Assembly: GCA_963837125.1 (NCBI GenBank)
Contig: CAWILW010000002.1
Location: 62,812 to 126,811 of the forward strand
DNA from: an uncultured Acidimicrobiaceae bacterium
GTDB taxonomy: Bacteria > Actinomycetota > Acidimicrobiia > Acidimicrobiales > RAAP-2
Reading direction: 5' to 3'
DNA: 64,000 bases
Under the pieces are notes generated by a model. That model saw only the letters and a list, made by a program, of their open reading frames with translations, ran no database searches and had not been told where the DNA came from. A program made the translations under genes and the position numbers. This document shows positions 46,688 to 55,525 of the stretch, piece by piece (within the stretch, counting starts at the first letter, position 1; each line of letters starts with the position of its first letter).

Positions 46688-48931
46688 TCAGGGGGCGGCC
46701 TGGCCGGCCAGCTCGGGCTCCGGCTCGGAGCCCTCGTCGACCACAGGGTGCAGCGCCAGATCGTCGGCATCGACCGAGAGCCTGGGGAGCAACCGGTCGA
46801 GCCGGGCCGGGAACCACCAGTTCGCCTTGCCGAAGAGCATCATGAGCGAGGGCACGATCGCCATCCGGATGAAGATGGCGTCGACGAGGATGCCCGCGGC
46901 CAGGCCGACGCCGAACTCCTTGATGACGCGCTCGCCGCCCAGGATGAAGGAGCCGAACACGAGGATCATGATCAGCGCGGCGGCCGTGATCGTCTTGCCC
47001 GTCGCAGCCAAACCGTTCCGCACGGCGACCTTGTTGTTACCGCCCGACTTGAGGTACTCCTCGTGCATCCGGGAGACGAGGAAGACCTGGTAGTCCATGG
47101 ACAGGCCGAAGAGGATCGCGAAGAGCATCACCGGGAGGAAGGCCTCGACGGGGCTCGTGCCGGTGAGGCCGATCAGCCCTCCCAGGTCGCCCCACTGGAA
47201 GACGGCCACCACGATCCCGAACGCGGCGGCGATGGAGAGCAGGTTCATGACGGCCGCGGTGAGCGGGATGACGAAGCTGCGGAACACCGTCATGAGGAGG
47301 AGGAAGGACAGCACCACGACCAGGCCGATGAAGAGCGGCAGCTTGGAGCTGAGCACGTTCGAGAAGTCGATGAAGACGGCCGTCGTCCCGCCCACCAGGA
47401 GCTTGACCCCCGAATTGCCGGTCGCCTGGGGGATGGTGTCGCTCCGCAGGTGGTTGACCAGATCGGTCGTCGTGCCGTCTTGGGGTGCCGAGTCGGGGTA
47501 GACGTTCAGGAGCACGACGTCACCGCCCCCGGTCTTGCTCGGGATGTAGACGGGATCGGCCACGCGGGCTACGCCGGACTGCTGCGACACGTCGTGCGCG
47601 ACGGTGTCGATCACCCCGTGCTGGTCGGGCTGCACGACGCCCACCAGCATCAAAGGCCCGTTGAAGCCCGGGCCGAAGCCCTTGGACAGCATGTCGAAGG
47701 CCACCCGGGTCGGCGTGCCGGCCGGGTCGGTGCCCTGGTCGGCCGATCCCAGCCGCAGCGAGAAGAAGGGCAGGGCCAGGAGGATGATGACGAAGAACGC
47801 CGCCCCTGCCGCCAGCCACGGGAAACGCTGCACCCAGTCGGCCCACCTGGACCAGAACCCCCTGCTGTCGGCCCCCACGATGCGCGGCCCGTTCTCGGCC
47901 AGGTTCCTCTTCTGCTTGCGGCTCATCACCTTGGGCCCGATGAAGCCGAGCATCGCCGGCAGGAGGGTGAGGGCCGCCACCATGGTGAGAGCCACTCCGA
48001 TGGCGGCGGCCACCGCCAACCCGTACAAGAAGCTCACACCGATGGCAAGCATGCCGAGCAGCGCGATGCACACGATGATCCCGGCGAAGAGCACCGCCCG
48101 CCCCGACGTGTTGACGGCGTTGATGATGGAGGACTCGGCGTCGCGACCGCCCACGAGGCCCTGCCGGTGGCGCGTCACGATGAAGAGCGCGTAGTCCACG
48201 CCGACGCCGAGCCCGATGAGGAGCATCAGCTCGGGTGAGATCGACGGCATGCCCATGGCGTGGCTGAGGACGCCGATGACGTTGTAGGCCGTCCCCAGGG
48301 CGAAGAGGGCGGAGATGATCGGCAGCAGCGCCGCGAAGAGCGACCCGAAGACCAGCAACAGCACGACGAGAGCGAGGAGCACGCCGAGCCCCGTGCTCCC
48401 GATCGACACCTTGTTGGCCTGCTCGGCCAGCTGCCCCGTGACGGCCACCGTCAAGCCGTCGCCCGACGTCCCCGTCACCGTATGAACGAAGTTCTTGGCC
48501 TCGGAGTTCGAGATGTGATTGGCGAGCTTGTCGAACGGAACCTGCAGGAACCCCACCGTCCGGTCCGCGTTGATGTTCGCCGTGCTGATCAGGTTGCCAT
48601 TCGCGTCGTAGGGGCTCGTCACCGGCGTCACGTAGGGCAGCGAGTTGATCTCGTGCACGAGAGCGTTGATGCGATTGCCGACCGCAGGGTCGGTGAGCCG
48701 GGCGTTGCCCGAGGTCCCGAACACGACTTCCTCGGTGTCGCCCGAATGGCCCGGCGCCACGGACTTGAGCAGGTTGATGGCGTCGGCGGACTCGGTGTGG
48801 GGGAAGTTGAAGTTGTCGGAATACTGGGTGCCCACCTGCTGCACCATCAGGAAGGACCCCACGAGGACCAAGAGCCACAGCAGGACGACGACGCGACGGT
48901 GACGGACACACCACCCGGCCAGGGTCCGCAT
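46688..48931 (-). CDS. MMPL-family (RND superfamily) transporter
   Basis: It has two six-TM bundles with large loops and typical MMPL segments (GVDYALFIVTRH, GLSMDYQVFLVSRM). ATG 48931 (MRTLAGWCVRHRR) is preferred over the ORF-track start at 49243. Confidence 0.9.
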   Translation of the reverse strand: MRTLAGWCVRHRRVVVLLWLLVLVGSFLMVQQVGTQYSDNFNFPHTESADAINLLKSVAPGHSGDTEEVVFGTSGNARLTDPAVGNRINALVHEINSLPYVTPVTSPYDANGNLISTANINADRTVGFLQVPFDKLANHISNSEAKNFVHTVTGTSGDGLTVAVTGQLAEQANKVSIGSTGLGVLLALVVLLLVFGSLFAALLPIISALFALGTAYNVIGVLSHAMGMPSISPELMLLIGLGVGVDYALFIVTRHRQGLVGGRDAESSIINAVNTSGRAVLFAGIIVCIALLGMLAIGVSFLYGLAVAAAIGVALTMVAALTLLPAMLGFIGPKVMSRKQKRNLAENGPRIVGADSRGFWSRWADWVQRFPWLAAGAAFFVIILLALPFFSLRLGSADQGTDPAGTPTRVAFDMLSKGFGPGFNGPLMLVGVVQPDQHGVIDTVAHDVSQQSGVARVADPVYIPSKTGGGDVVLLNVYPDSAPQDGTTTDLVNHLRSDTIPQATGNSGVKLLVGGTTAVFIDFSNVLSSKLPLFIGLVVVLSFLLLMTVFRSFVIPLTAAVMNLLSIAAAFGIVVAVFQWGDLGGLIGLTGTSPVEAFLPVMLFAILFGLSMDYQVFLVSRMHEEYLKSGGNNKVAVRNGLAATGKTITAAALIMILVFGSFILGGERVIKEFGVGLAAGILVDAIFIRMAIVPSLMMLFGKANWWFPARLDRLLPRLSVDADDLALHPVVDEGSEPEPELAGQAAP

Positions 48932-49023
48932 GTACTGAGATCTCCTCGGGAACGATCGACGCCGCCACCTGCCGGCGCCGGGGGTAGTGCCCAATCGTAC
49001 CGGCCGCGCGGACCCTCTCCGGA

Positions 49024-49620
49024 TCAGCCGGCGCCGCGCAGGTGCACGAGGGCGTTGAAGACCGGGAGCGCCAGGCGGTCGGCCGAGGTCGCCGAGCGGG
49101 CCACCAGGCGTCCGGCCAGGACCGGGCTCCGTTCGGGGATCTCGAAGAACTGCCGCCGGCTGAAGGTCAGCAGCATGAGGGGCGACAGCGCCACGACGGC
49201 GATGGCGGAGCGCAGCTGGTTGAGGAGCGAGTGCTCGGACCACGAGTCACCCCGGCCGAGCAGCCCGATCGGGGTGCCGTCGCGCTGGACGACGGCGTGG
49301 CCGCGCACGATCACGTGCCACAGTCGCACGGGCACGTCCTGGGCCTGGATCACCTGACCGGGATGGGCGCTCGAGAGGTCGCACAGCGCGGCCAGCTCGC
49401 CGAGCTCGCCGCGGGGGAGCCCGGCGAAGAGCTCCATGGACGAGAGGGCGCGGAACCGGTCGTCGTAGGCCGTCTCCGCATCGTCTGTGTGATGGGGAGA
49501 GTCCATGTGGTGGGGAGCGTCCATGTGGTGGGGAGCGTCCATGTGGTGGGGAGCGTCCATGTGGTGGGGAGAGTCCATGTGGTGGGGAGCGTCGGCGTCA
49601 TGAGGAGTGTCGGTGCGCAT
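49024..49620 (-). CDS. stand-alone cyclic-nucleotide-binding (CAP effector)-like domain protein with His-rich N-terminal repeat
   Basis: The cNMP-binding-like pattern is present (LFAGLPRGELGELAALC...GRGDSWSEHSLL...RSAIAVVA). It is preceded by six D[AS]PHH[MT] units, and no DNA-binding domain is present. Confidence 0.7.
   Translation of the reverse strand: MRTDTPHDADAPHHMDSPHHMDAPHHMDAPHHMDAPHHMDSPHHTDDAETAYDDRFRALSSMELFAGLPRGELGELAALCDLSSAHPGQVIQAQDVPVRLWHVIVRGHAVVQRDGTPIGLLGRGDSWSEHSLLNQLRSAIAVVALSPLMLLTFSRRQFFEIPERSPVLAGRLVARSATSADRLALPVFNALVHLRGAG
49486..49593. repeat. 18-bp coding tandem repeat x6 (catgtggtggggagcgtc)
   Basis: Five near-identical units lie at 49504-49593 and one degenerate unit at 49486-49503. 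On the minus strand each encodes D-A/S-P-H-H-M. Confidence 0.95.
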
Positions 49621-49623
49621 GGC

Positions 49624-50061
49624 TCAGTGGTGGTGGTCGTGGTGCCAGTGGGGGCGGCCCACCACTCGGCGCCACAGCACGAAGCCGACGATGGCGACGA
49701 GCACCCAGGGCACGTGGTACATCGGGTAGAAGGGGATCGCCGCTCCAGCCACGACGACCACCAGGGCCACCAGGGCGAGCACCGGCAGGATCCGACGGTG
49801 CCGTGGCGGCGGGGGAGGGGCCTCGGCCTGCAGCGGGGGCAGATCGTGGAACAGACCGTGCAGATCGCCCCGCGTGGTGGCCGACATGGCGGTGTCGAGA
49901 CGGCTCTTGAACTCCACCTCGTCGAGACGGCCCTCGGCGTAGTGGCGCGACAGCTTGTCGGCCACCGCGTTGCGCTCCTCGTCCGACGCCCGCAGGGTGG
50001 CGTCGTAGGCCTGCGTCTCCCGGCGGCCCACGGGGTAGGCGGGGTCCCAGCGGTAGCGCAT
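49624..50061 (-). CDS. DUF1707 (SHOCT-like) membrane protein with His-rich C-terminus
   Basis: It contains LRASDEERNAVADKLSRHYAEGRLDEVEFKSRLD (DUF1707 pattern), two TM segments and the C-terminal tail HWHHDHHH. Confidence 0.7.
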   Translation of the reverse strand: MRYRWDPAYPVGRRETQAYDATLRASDEERNAVADKLSRHYAEGRLDEVEFKSRLDTAMSATTRGDLHGLFHDLPPLQAEAPPPPPRHRRILPVLALVALVVVVAGAAIPFYPMYHVPWVLVAIVGFVLWRRVVGRPHWHHDHHH

Positions 50062-50143
50062 CGGGTTCTCCTCTCGTTTGGGGGTCTGGTCGTTCCGGAT
50101 GGGTCGGGTCGTTCCTGACTGGTCGGACGGTCAGCTCGGCCGC

Positions 50144-50350
50144 TCAGTAGGCGCCGCGGGCCCGCTCGCGGGCGAAGAGCTCCTCGGCGACCGACCGGTC
50201 GGACTCCTCTTCGGGGATGAGGAGCCACCCGGCCAGGTAGAGGGGGACGGCCAGCCCGCCCATGAAGGCGAGCACGACGAAGCCGATCCGGACGATCGTC
50301 GGGTCGACGTCGAAGTAGTCGGCGACGCCGGCGGCGACACCCGCCAGCAT
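50144..50350 (-). CDS. PspC-domain membrane protein (possibly the 3' part of a frame-disrupted longer gene)
   Basis: It has the PspC core MLAGVAAGVADYFDVDPTIVRIGFVVLAFMGG. The conserved preceding segment RLHRAGRGR is encoded in frame upstream of the ATG, but no start codon precedes it. Confidence 0.6.
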   Translation of the reverse strand: MLAGVAAGVADYFDVDPTIVRIGFVVLAFMGGLAVPLYLAGWLLIPEEESDRSVAEELFARERARGAY

Positions 50351-50652
50351 GCGGCCGCGGCCGGCGCGGTGGAGGCGCTGCTCGCCGGGGTGGCCTGCTG
50401 CGGGATCCCGGGGGAGCTGTTGCGCCCCCCGTTGCGGCGCTTGTTGCGCCTCTGTTCCCGCTGCGCCTCGTGTTCCCGCTGCGCCTCGTGTTCCGGCTGT
50501 TCATGCGGTTGGGCCGCCGCCGGCGGCGTGGCGGAGGCTCCGGGGGTCTGGTCAGGTGCGATGTCCATGACGCCAGCCTGACGACGGCGGGGGCCGGCGG
50601 GAATCCGGCAGGACCCTGGTCCGACCCTGAGGGGAACCCCGACCACTCAGGG

Positions 50653-52131
50653 ATGTCCCTGATAGCCGCCGTGGCCACGGCGCGCGATCATCGAGAGATC
50701 GCAGAGGCACCCGATCCCGGCACGCGTCCGCTGACCGAAGGTGGCCGCCCGACCCTGCCGTCACAGGCCGCGCCCGGGGAGTGGGCCCCGCCGGGGGATG
50801 GATCCACACCGTCCGGCGGGTGGAACGGCCGGGGCGGGCACTGGTCGCACCGCGATGCCCCCTGGTCCGGCATGCGCCGGCACCATCGCCATCATGTGGG
50901 CGGGAAGCTGCGGTGCCTGCGCCGGAGCCCCGACAACCGCGTGCTCGGCGGCGTCTGTGGCGCCGTCTCGTCGGCGACGGGGATCGACGTCACGTGGGTG
51001 CGCGTCGGCTTCGTGCTGCTGTCCATCTTCAGCGGCGTGATGGTGCTCGTCTACGCCATGGCGTGGCTGTTGATCCCCATGCAGGGCGAGACCTCCAACA
51101 TCTACTCCCGGGCGATCAACGACCGCCACGGCATCCGCCTCATCGCCGCCATCCTCATACCGGTGCTCATCGCGGTGCAGGTGATCACCACGACGCTGCA
51201 CCTCGGGTTCGTGGGGTTCATGGGGTGGCCCACCTTCCTGGCCATCGGCGTGGTCGTGCTCATCTGGCGCAACGCCAACGAATCGGAGAAGGCCTTCATC
51301 GACCACGACGTGGTCCCGCTCCTCGGTGCGGACACCCATGGCGAGGGACGCCGCTGGCTGATCGTGCGTGTCGTCGTCGGCCTGCTCGTCGGAGCCGCCG
51401 GCATCGCGCTGCTGATCGAGGGGCACACGACCGTGGCCGCGCTGCGGCCCGTGGGTGGCGCGGCCCTGGTGGTCGCCGCCAGCGTGGTCATCTTCGGACC
51501 CTGGTGGTTGAGCCTCGTCCGTGACCTCATCGCGGAGCGCCAGGCCCGGGCGCTGGCCGAGGAGCGGGCCCAGATGGCGGCCCACGTCCACGATTCGGTG
51601 CTGCAGACCCTGGCGCTGATCCAGCGCTCCGCCGACGACCCCCAGAACGTGGTCCGCCTGGCCCGGGCCCAGGAGCGCGAGCTGCGGGCGTGGCTGTTCG
51701 AGGGACGCCAGCCGGGGGCGATCGGCGAGGACGCCACCATGCTGGCCGAGGGTGTCGGCCTGCTGCAGCGCCATGTCGAGGCCGACCACGGGATCGCGGT
51801 GCAGGTCGTGACGGTGGGGGACTGCGAGCTCGACGAGCCCCTGCGGGCGCTGCTCGATGCGGCCGGCGAGGCCACCGTCAACGCTGCGAAGTGGTCGGGC
51901 GCAGATCAGGTCTCGGTCTACGTCGAGGTCGAGCCCGACACCGTGATGCTCTACGTCCGGGACCGCGGCCGTGGCTTCGTCCCCGACGCGGTGCCCGAGG
52001 GACGGCAGGGCATCGCCCAGTCCATCCGCGCCCGCATGGCGCGCTTCGGCGGCTCGGCCGTGATCCGCTCCGCGCCCGGGGAGGGAGCCGAGGTCCAGCT
52101 CTCCATGCCCCGGCGGGAGCGCGTGACGTGA
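50653..52131 (+). CDS. PspC-domain sensor histidine kinase (HisKA_3 / LiaS-like)
   Basis: It has a PspC domain (NRVLGGVCGAVSSATGIDVTWVRVGFVLLSIF), several TM segments, the H-box AAHVHDSVLQTL and an HATPase region. The start is uncertain (ATG 50653 preferred). Confidence 0.85.
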   Translation: MSLIAAVATARDHREIAEAPDPGTRPLTEGGRPTLPSQAAPGEWAPPGDGSTPSGGWNGRGGHWSHRDAPWSGMRRHHRHHVGGKLRCLRRSPDNRVLGGVCGAVSSATGIDVTWVRVGFVLLSIFSGVMVLVYAMAWLLIPMQGETSNIYSRAINDRHGIRLIAAILIPVLIAVQVITTTLHLGFVGFMGWPTFLAIGVVVLIWRNANESEKAFIDHDVVPLLGADTHGEGRRWLIVRVVVGLLVGAAGIALLIEGHTTVAALRPVGGAALVVAASVVIFGPWWLSLVRDLIAERQARALAEERAQMAAHVHDSVLQTLALIQRSADDPQNVVRLARAQERELRAWLFEGRQPGAIGEDATMLAEGVGLLQRHVEADHGIAVQVVTVGDCELDEPLRALLDAAGEATVNAAKWSGADQVSVYVEVEPDTVMLYVRDRGRGFVPDAVPEGRQGIAQSIRARMARFGGSAVIRSAPGEGAEVQLSMPRRERVT

Positions 52132-52805
52132 GCGGCAGCGGGGACCGAGTCGGGCCACCCGCCGGTCGCCCCCGCATCTTCCTGGTCGAGGACCACGCCG
52201 TGTTCCGGGCCGGCGTCAAGGCCGAGCTGGGCGAGGCCGTGGAGGTCGTGGGCGAGGCGGACGAGGCGGGCGCCGCCGTCGAGCTCATCATCGAGCGCCT
52301 GCCCGACGTGGTCCTGCTCGATGTCCACCTGCCCGGCGGGGGCGGCCACGCCGTGCTGCGCGGCGTCCTCCCGCACCATCCCGAGGTGCAGTTCCTGGCC
52401 CTCTCCGTGTCCGACGCGCCCGAGGACGTGATCGACGTCATCAGGGCGGGCGCGCGCGGGTACATCACCAAGACGATCTCGGGGCCCGAGCTCCTCCAGG
52501 CCGTGTACCGGGTCGCCGCCGGCGACGCCGTGTTCTCGCCGAGGCTGGCCGGCTTCGTGCTCGACGCCTTCGCCCACGGCGACGCGCCGGCCACGGGACT
52601 CGATCCCGAGCTCGACCAGCTGTCGCCGCGGGAGCGCGAGGTGCTGCGCCTGATCGCCCGCGGCTACACCTACAAGGAGGTGGGCCGCGACCTCAGCATC
52701 TCGGCCAAGACGGTCGAGTCGCACGTCTCGTCGGTCCTCCGCAAGCTGCAGCTGTCGACTCGGCACGAATTGACCAGATGGGCCACGGACAGGCGCTTGG
52801 TCTAG
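52128..52805 (+). CDS. NarL/LuxR-family response regulator
   Basis: It has a receiver domain (RIFLVEDHAVFR...DVVLLDVHLPGG) and a LuxR HTH (LSPREREVLRLIARGYTYKEVG). GTG 52128 overlaps the kinase stop (GTGA). Confidence 0.9.
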   Translation: MSGSGDRVGPPAGRPRIFLVEDHAVFRAGVKAELGEAVEVVGEADEAGAAVELIIERLPDVVLLDVHLPGGGGHAVLRGVLPHHPEVQFLALSVSDAPEDVIDVIRAGARGYITKTISGPELLQAVYRVAAGDAVFSPRLAGFVLDAFAHGDAPATGLDPELDQLSPREREVLRLIARGYTYKEVGRDLSISAKTVESHVSSVLRKLQLSTRHELTRWATDRRLV

Positions 52806-52815
52806 ACAATGGGCC

Positions 52816-53574
52816 ATGTCCGAGGACCTGGCAGCCGAGCACCGCGACGCGGCGCGACTGGCCGAGATGGCGGGACGCGCACTGGTGGAGCTGCGGGCCG
52901 AGGCTCCCGGCACGCGCGACATCGGGGCGGCGGGGGACCGCATGGCCCACCGGCTGCTGGTCGACGAGCTCAACCGCCTGTACCCCGGAGACGACGTCCG
53001 GTCCGAGGAGGGACTCGAACACGTTGCCGGCACGGGTCGTCTGTGGATCGTCGACCCGCTCGACGGCACGCGCGAGTTCCGCCAGCAGGGGCGGAGCGAC
53101 TGGGCGGTGCACGTGGCGATGGCGCTCGGCGGCGTGGCCGTGGTCGGCGCGGTCGCCCTACCGGCGCTCGGTCTGGTGCTCTCGACCGGCGAGCCCCCGG
53201 TCCTGCAGCACCTCGAGTCCGGTACGAGCCCGCGCGTGGTCGTCTCGCGCAGCCGCCCTCCCGACGTCGCGTACGACGTCACCGAGGCGATCGGCGGGGT
53301 CATGGTCCCCATGGGGTCGGCGGGCGCCAAGATCGCCGCCGTGATCCTCGGTGCGGCCGAGGTCTACGTGCACGCCGGCGGCCAGTACGAGTGGGACTCG
53401 TGCGCGCCGGTCGCGGTGGCCACGGCGAGCGGCCTCCACGCCAGCCGGCTCGACGGCGAGCCGCTGCGCTACGGCGACCCCGATGCCTGGCTCCCCGATC
53501 TCGTCGTGTGCCGGCCCGAATACGCCGCGGCGGTGCTGGAGGTCACGACGCGGCAACGGAGGCCCTACTGGTGA
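52816..53574 (+). CDS. cysQ: 3'(2'),5'-bisphosphate nucleotidase / inositol monophosphatase family
   Basis: It has the IMPase motifs WIVDPLDGTREF and EWDSCAP. Confidence 0.8.
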   Translation: MSEDLAAEHRDAARLAEMAGRALVELRAEAPGTRDIGAAGDRMAHRLLVDELNRLYPGDDVRSEEGLEHVAGTGRLWIVDPLDGTREFRQQGRSDWAVHVAMALGGVAVVGAVALPALGLVLSTGEPPVLQHLESGTSPRVVVSRSRPPDVAYDVTEAIGGVMVPMGSAGAKIAAVILGAAEVYVHAGGQYEWDSCAPVAVATASGLHASRLDGEPLRYGDPDAWLPDLVVCRPEYAAAVLEVTTRQRRPYW

Positions 53575-53597
53575 CAGGTCAGGGCCTGCGGTGAATT

Positions 53598-53633
53598 GAC
53601 AGACCCCGCCTCACGGGGAGACGGGGTCTTGTC
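53598..53633. terminator. bidirectional hairpin between convergent cysQ and csp
   Basis: gacagaccccg ...(13-nt loop)... cggggtcttgtc forms an 11-bp stem with one bulged t. It lies between two convergent stop codons (53574 and 53675). There is no long U-tract. Confidence 0.5.
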
Positions 53634-53674
53634 AGTTGCGCGTGACCGCCGGCGTGGGCCGGCGGTCGGGAGCG

Positions 53675-53878
53675 CTAAATGGCGCGCACGTTCGCGGCCT
53701 GAAGCCCCTTGGGGCCTTGGTTGGTCTCGAACTCGACCTTTTGGCCTTCTTCGAGATTGCGGTAGCCCGAACCGGCAATCGCGCTGAAGTGCACGAATAC
53801 GTCGGGGCCGCCACCGTCCTGGGTGATGAAGCCAAAGCCCTTCTCACCGTTAAACCACTTCACGGAACCAGTTGCCAT
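53675..53878 (-). CDS. cspA: cold-shock protein (CspA family)
   Basis: A 67-aa protein with the RNP1 motif KGFGFI and the RNP2 motif VFVHF. Confidence 0.95.
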   Translation of the reverse strand: MATGSVKWFNGEKGFGFITQDGGGPDVFVHFSAIAGSGYRNLEEGQKVEFETNQGPKGLQAANVRAI

Positions 53879-54118
53879 TGAAAATCCACTCCTCTCCTGG
53901 CCAGATTTGACCCGATTGCGGGGGCCACGGCCGGTAGCTCTTTCGAGCCAGAGGGATTTCCAAACTTGTGATGGTGGTGCCCTCGGAAGAGAACCTTAGC
54001 GCGCCGGCAGGCCAAGAGGGTGCCCGTCCGGACCGGTCCACAATTCGGTCACACAGTCTTCACGCAGGCCCCGTGCCTATTCTGGGGCTCCCGCTGTGCC
54101 GAGAAAAGGGGGCCACCA

Positions 54119-55483
54119 GTGACCACCACTGAGAATCCGTACCTGCAAGGCAACTTCGCCCCGGTGCAACAGGAGGTCACGGCGACCGATCTGCCGGTCT
54201 CGGGCCAGGTGCCCGAAGCGCTCTGCGGCCGCTATCTGCGCAATGGCCCCAACCCGGTGTCGACGCCCGAGCCGGCGACCTACCACTGGTTCACGGGCGA
54301 CGGGATGGTGCACGGGATCCGGCTACGCGACGGGCGGGCCGAGTGGTACCGCAACCGCTGGGTGCGTTCCGTCGAGGTGGCGCGCGTCCTGGGGGAGGAA
54401 CCGCGGCCGGGCGCCGGCGTCCACGCCGACATGGACTTCGCCCCCAACACCAACGTCATCGGGCACGCCGGGCGCACGTTCGCCATCGTCGAAGCCGGGA
54501 CGCGCCCGTACGAGCTCACCGACGAGCTCCAGACGATCGGGTCGTGCGACTTCGACGGCACGCTGGAGGGCGGTTACACGGCCCACCCCAAGCGCGACCC
54601 GCGCTCCGGTGAGCTCTACGCGGTCTCCTACTTCTTCGGGTGGGGCGACGACGTCGAGGTGACGGTCATCGATCCCCAGGCGCGGGTGCGCTCCTCCCGG
54701 CGGGTCACGATGGGCGGGCCCGTGAGCGTGCACGACTGCGCCATCACCGAGCGCTACATCGTCCTCCTCGACCTCCCGGTGACCTTCAGCATGGACGCCA
54801 TCGCGGCCGGTGCGAGCTTCCCCTACCGCTGGCAGGAGGGGTACCACTCCCGCGTCGGGCTTCTGCCACGGGACGGCGACTCGACCGACGTCGTCTGGCA
54901 CGACGTCGAGTCGTGCTACGTGTTCCACCCCATGAATGCCTTCGACGAGCCGGGCGGGGACGGGATCGTGCTCGATGTGGTGCGGCACCCCTCCATGTTC
55001 CGCACCCAGCTGCTCGGGCCGGCCGAGGGCACGCCGACCCTGGAGCGCTGGCATCTCGACGGGCGCGGCGGCGCGGTCAAGGAGGAGCGGCTCGACGACC
55101 GCGGCCAGGAATTCCCCCGCGTCGACGAGCGCCGGGTGGGTCTGCCGCACCGCTACGGGTACACGGTGGCGGTCGCGGAGACCGACCAGATCGTGGGCAC
55201 CGAGTCCGTGCTCGTCCGCCACGACTTCGAGCGGGGAACGAGCACGACACGCTTCTTCGGCCACGGCGCCGGCCTCAGCGAGGCGGTCTTCGTGCCGCGG
55301 GCCGACGACGCCGACGAGGCCGACGGCTGGCTGATGTTGCTCGTGTACTCCGCGGAGACCGATTCCTCGGCGCTGCACATCCTCAACGCGCAGGACATCG
55401 GCGGTGAGCCCCAGGCGGTGATCCAGCTGCCGCAGCGTGTGCCGGCCGGGTTCCACGGGAACTGGGTCCCGGACCTGGCCTGA
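54119..55483 (+). CDS. carotenoid cleavage / lignostilbene-type dioxygenase (RPE65 family)
   Basis: It has NPYLQGNFAP and four candidate iron-ligand His contexts (HWFTGDGMVHG, TAHPK, FHPMN, FHGNW). GTG 54119 is preceded by AAAAGGGGG. Confidence 0.85.
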   Translation: MTTTENPYLQGNFAPVQQEVTATDLPVSGQVPEALCGRYLRNGPNPVSTPEPATYHWFTGDGMVHGIRLRDGRAEWYRNRWVRSVEVARVLGEEPRPGAGVHADMDFAPNTNVIGHAGRTFAIVEAGTRPYELTDELQTIGSCDFDGTLEGGYTAHPKRDPRSGELYAVSYFFGWGDDVEVTVIDPQARVRSSRRVTMGGPVSVHDCAITERYIVLLDLPVTFSMDAIAAGASFPYRWQEGYHSRVGLLPRDGDSTDVVWHDVESCYVFHPMNAFDEPGGDGIVLDVVRHPSMFRTQLLGPAEGTPTLERWHLDGRGGAVKEERLDDRGQEFPRVDERRVGLPHRYGYTVAVAETDQIVGTESVLVRHDFERGTSTTRFFGHGAGLSEAVFVPRADDADEADGWLMLLVYSAETDSSALHILNAQDIGGEPQAVIQLPQRVPAGFHGNWVPDLA

Positions 55484-55525
55484 GGGTCGCCGCTCGGGCC
55501 AGCCGCCTACGGGTATCCTTTCTGC

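Noticed and set aside
53879-54118. The long region upstream of csp read as a cold-box or structured 5' UTR element.
   Set aside because: This is plausible by analogy with other csp genes. However, I could not identify a conserved cold-box sequence or a convincing structure by eye, so it is not reported as a feature.
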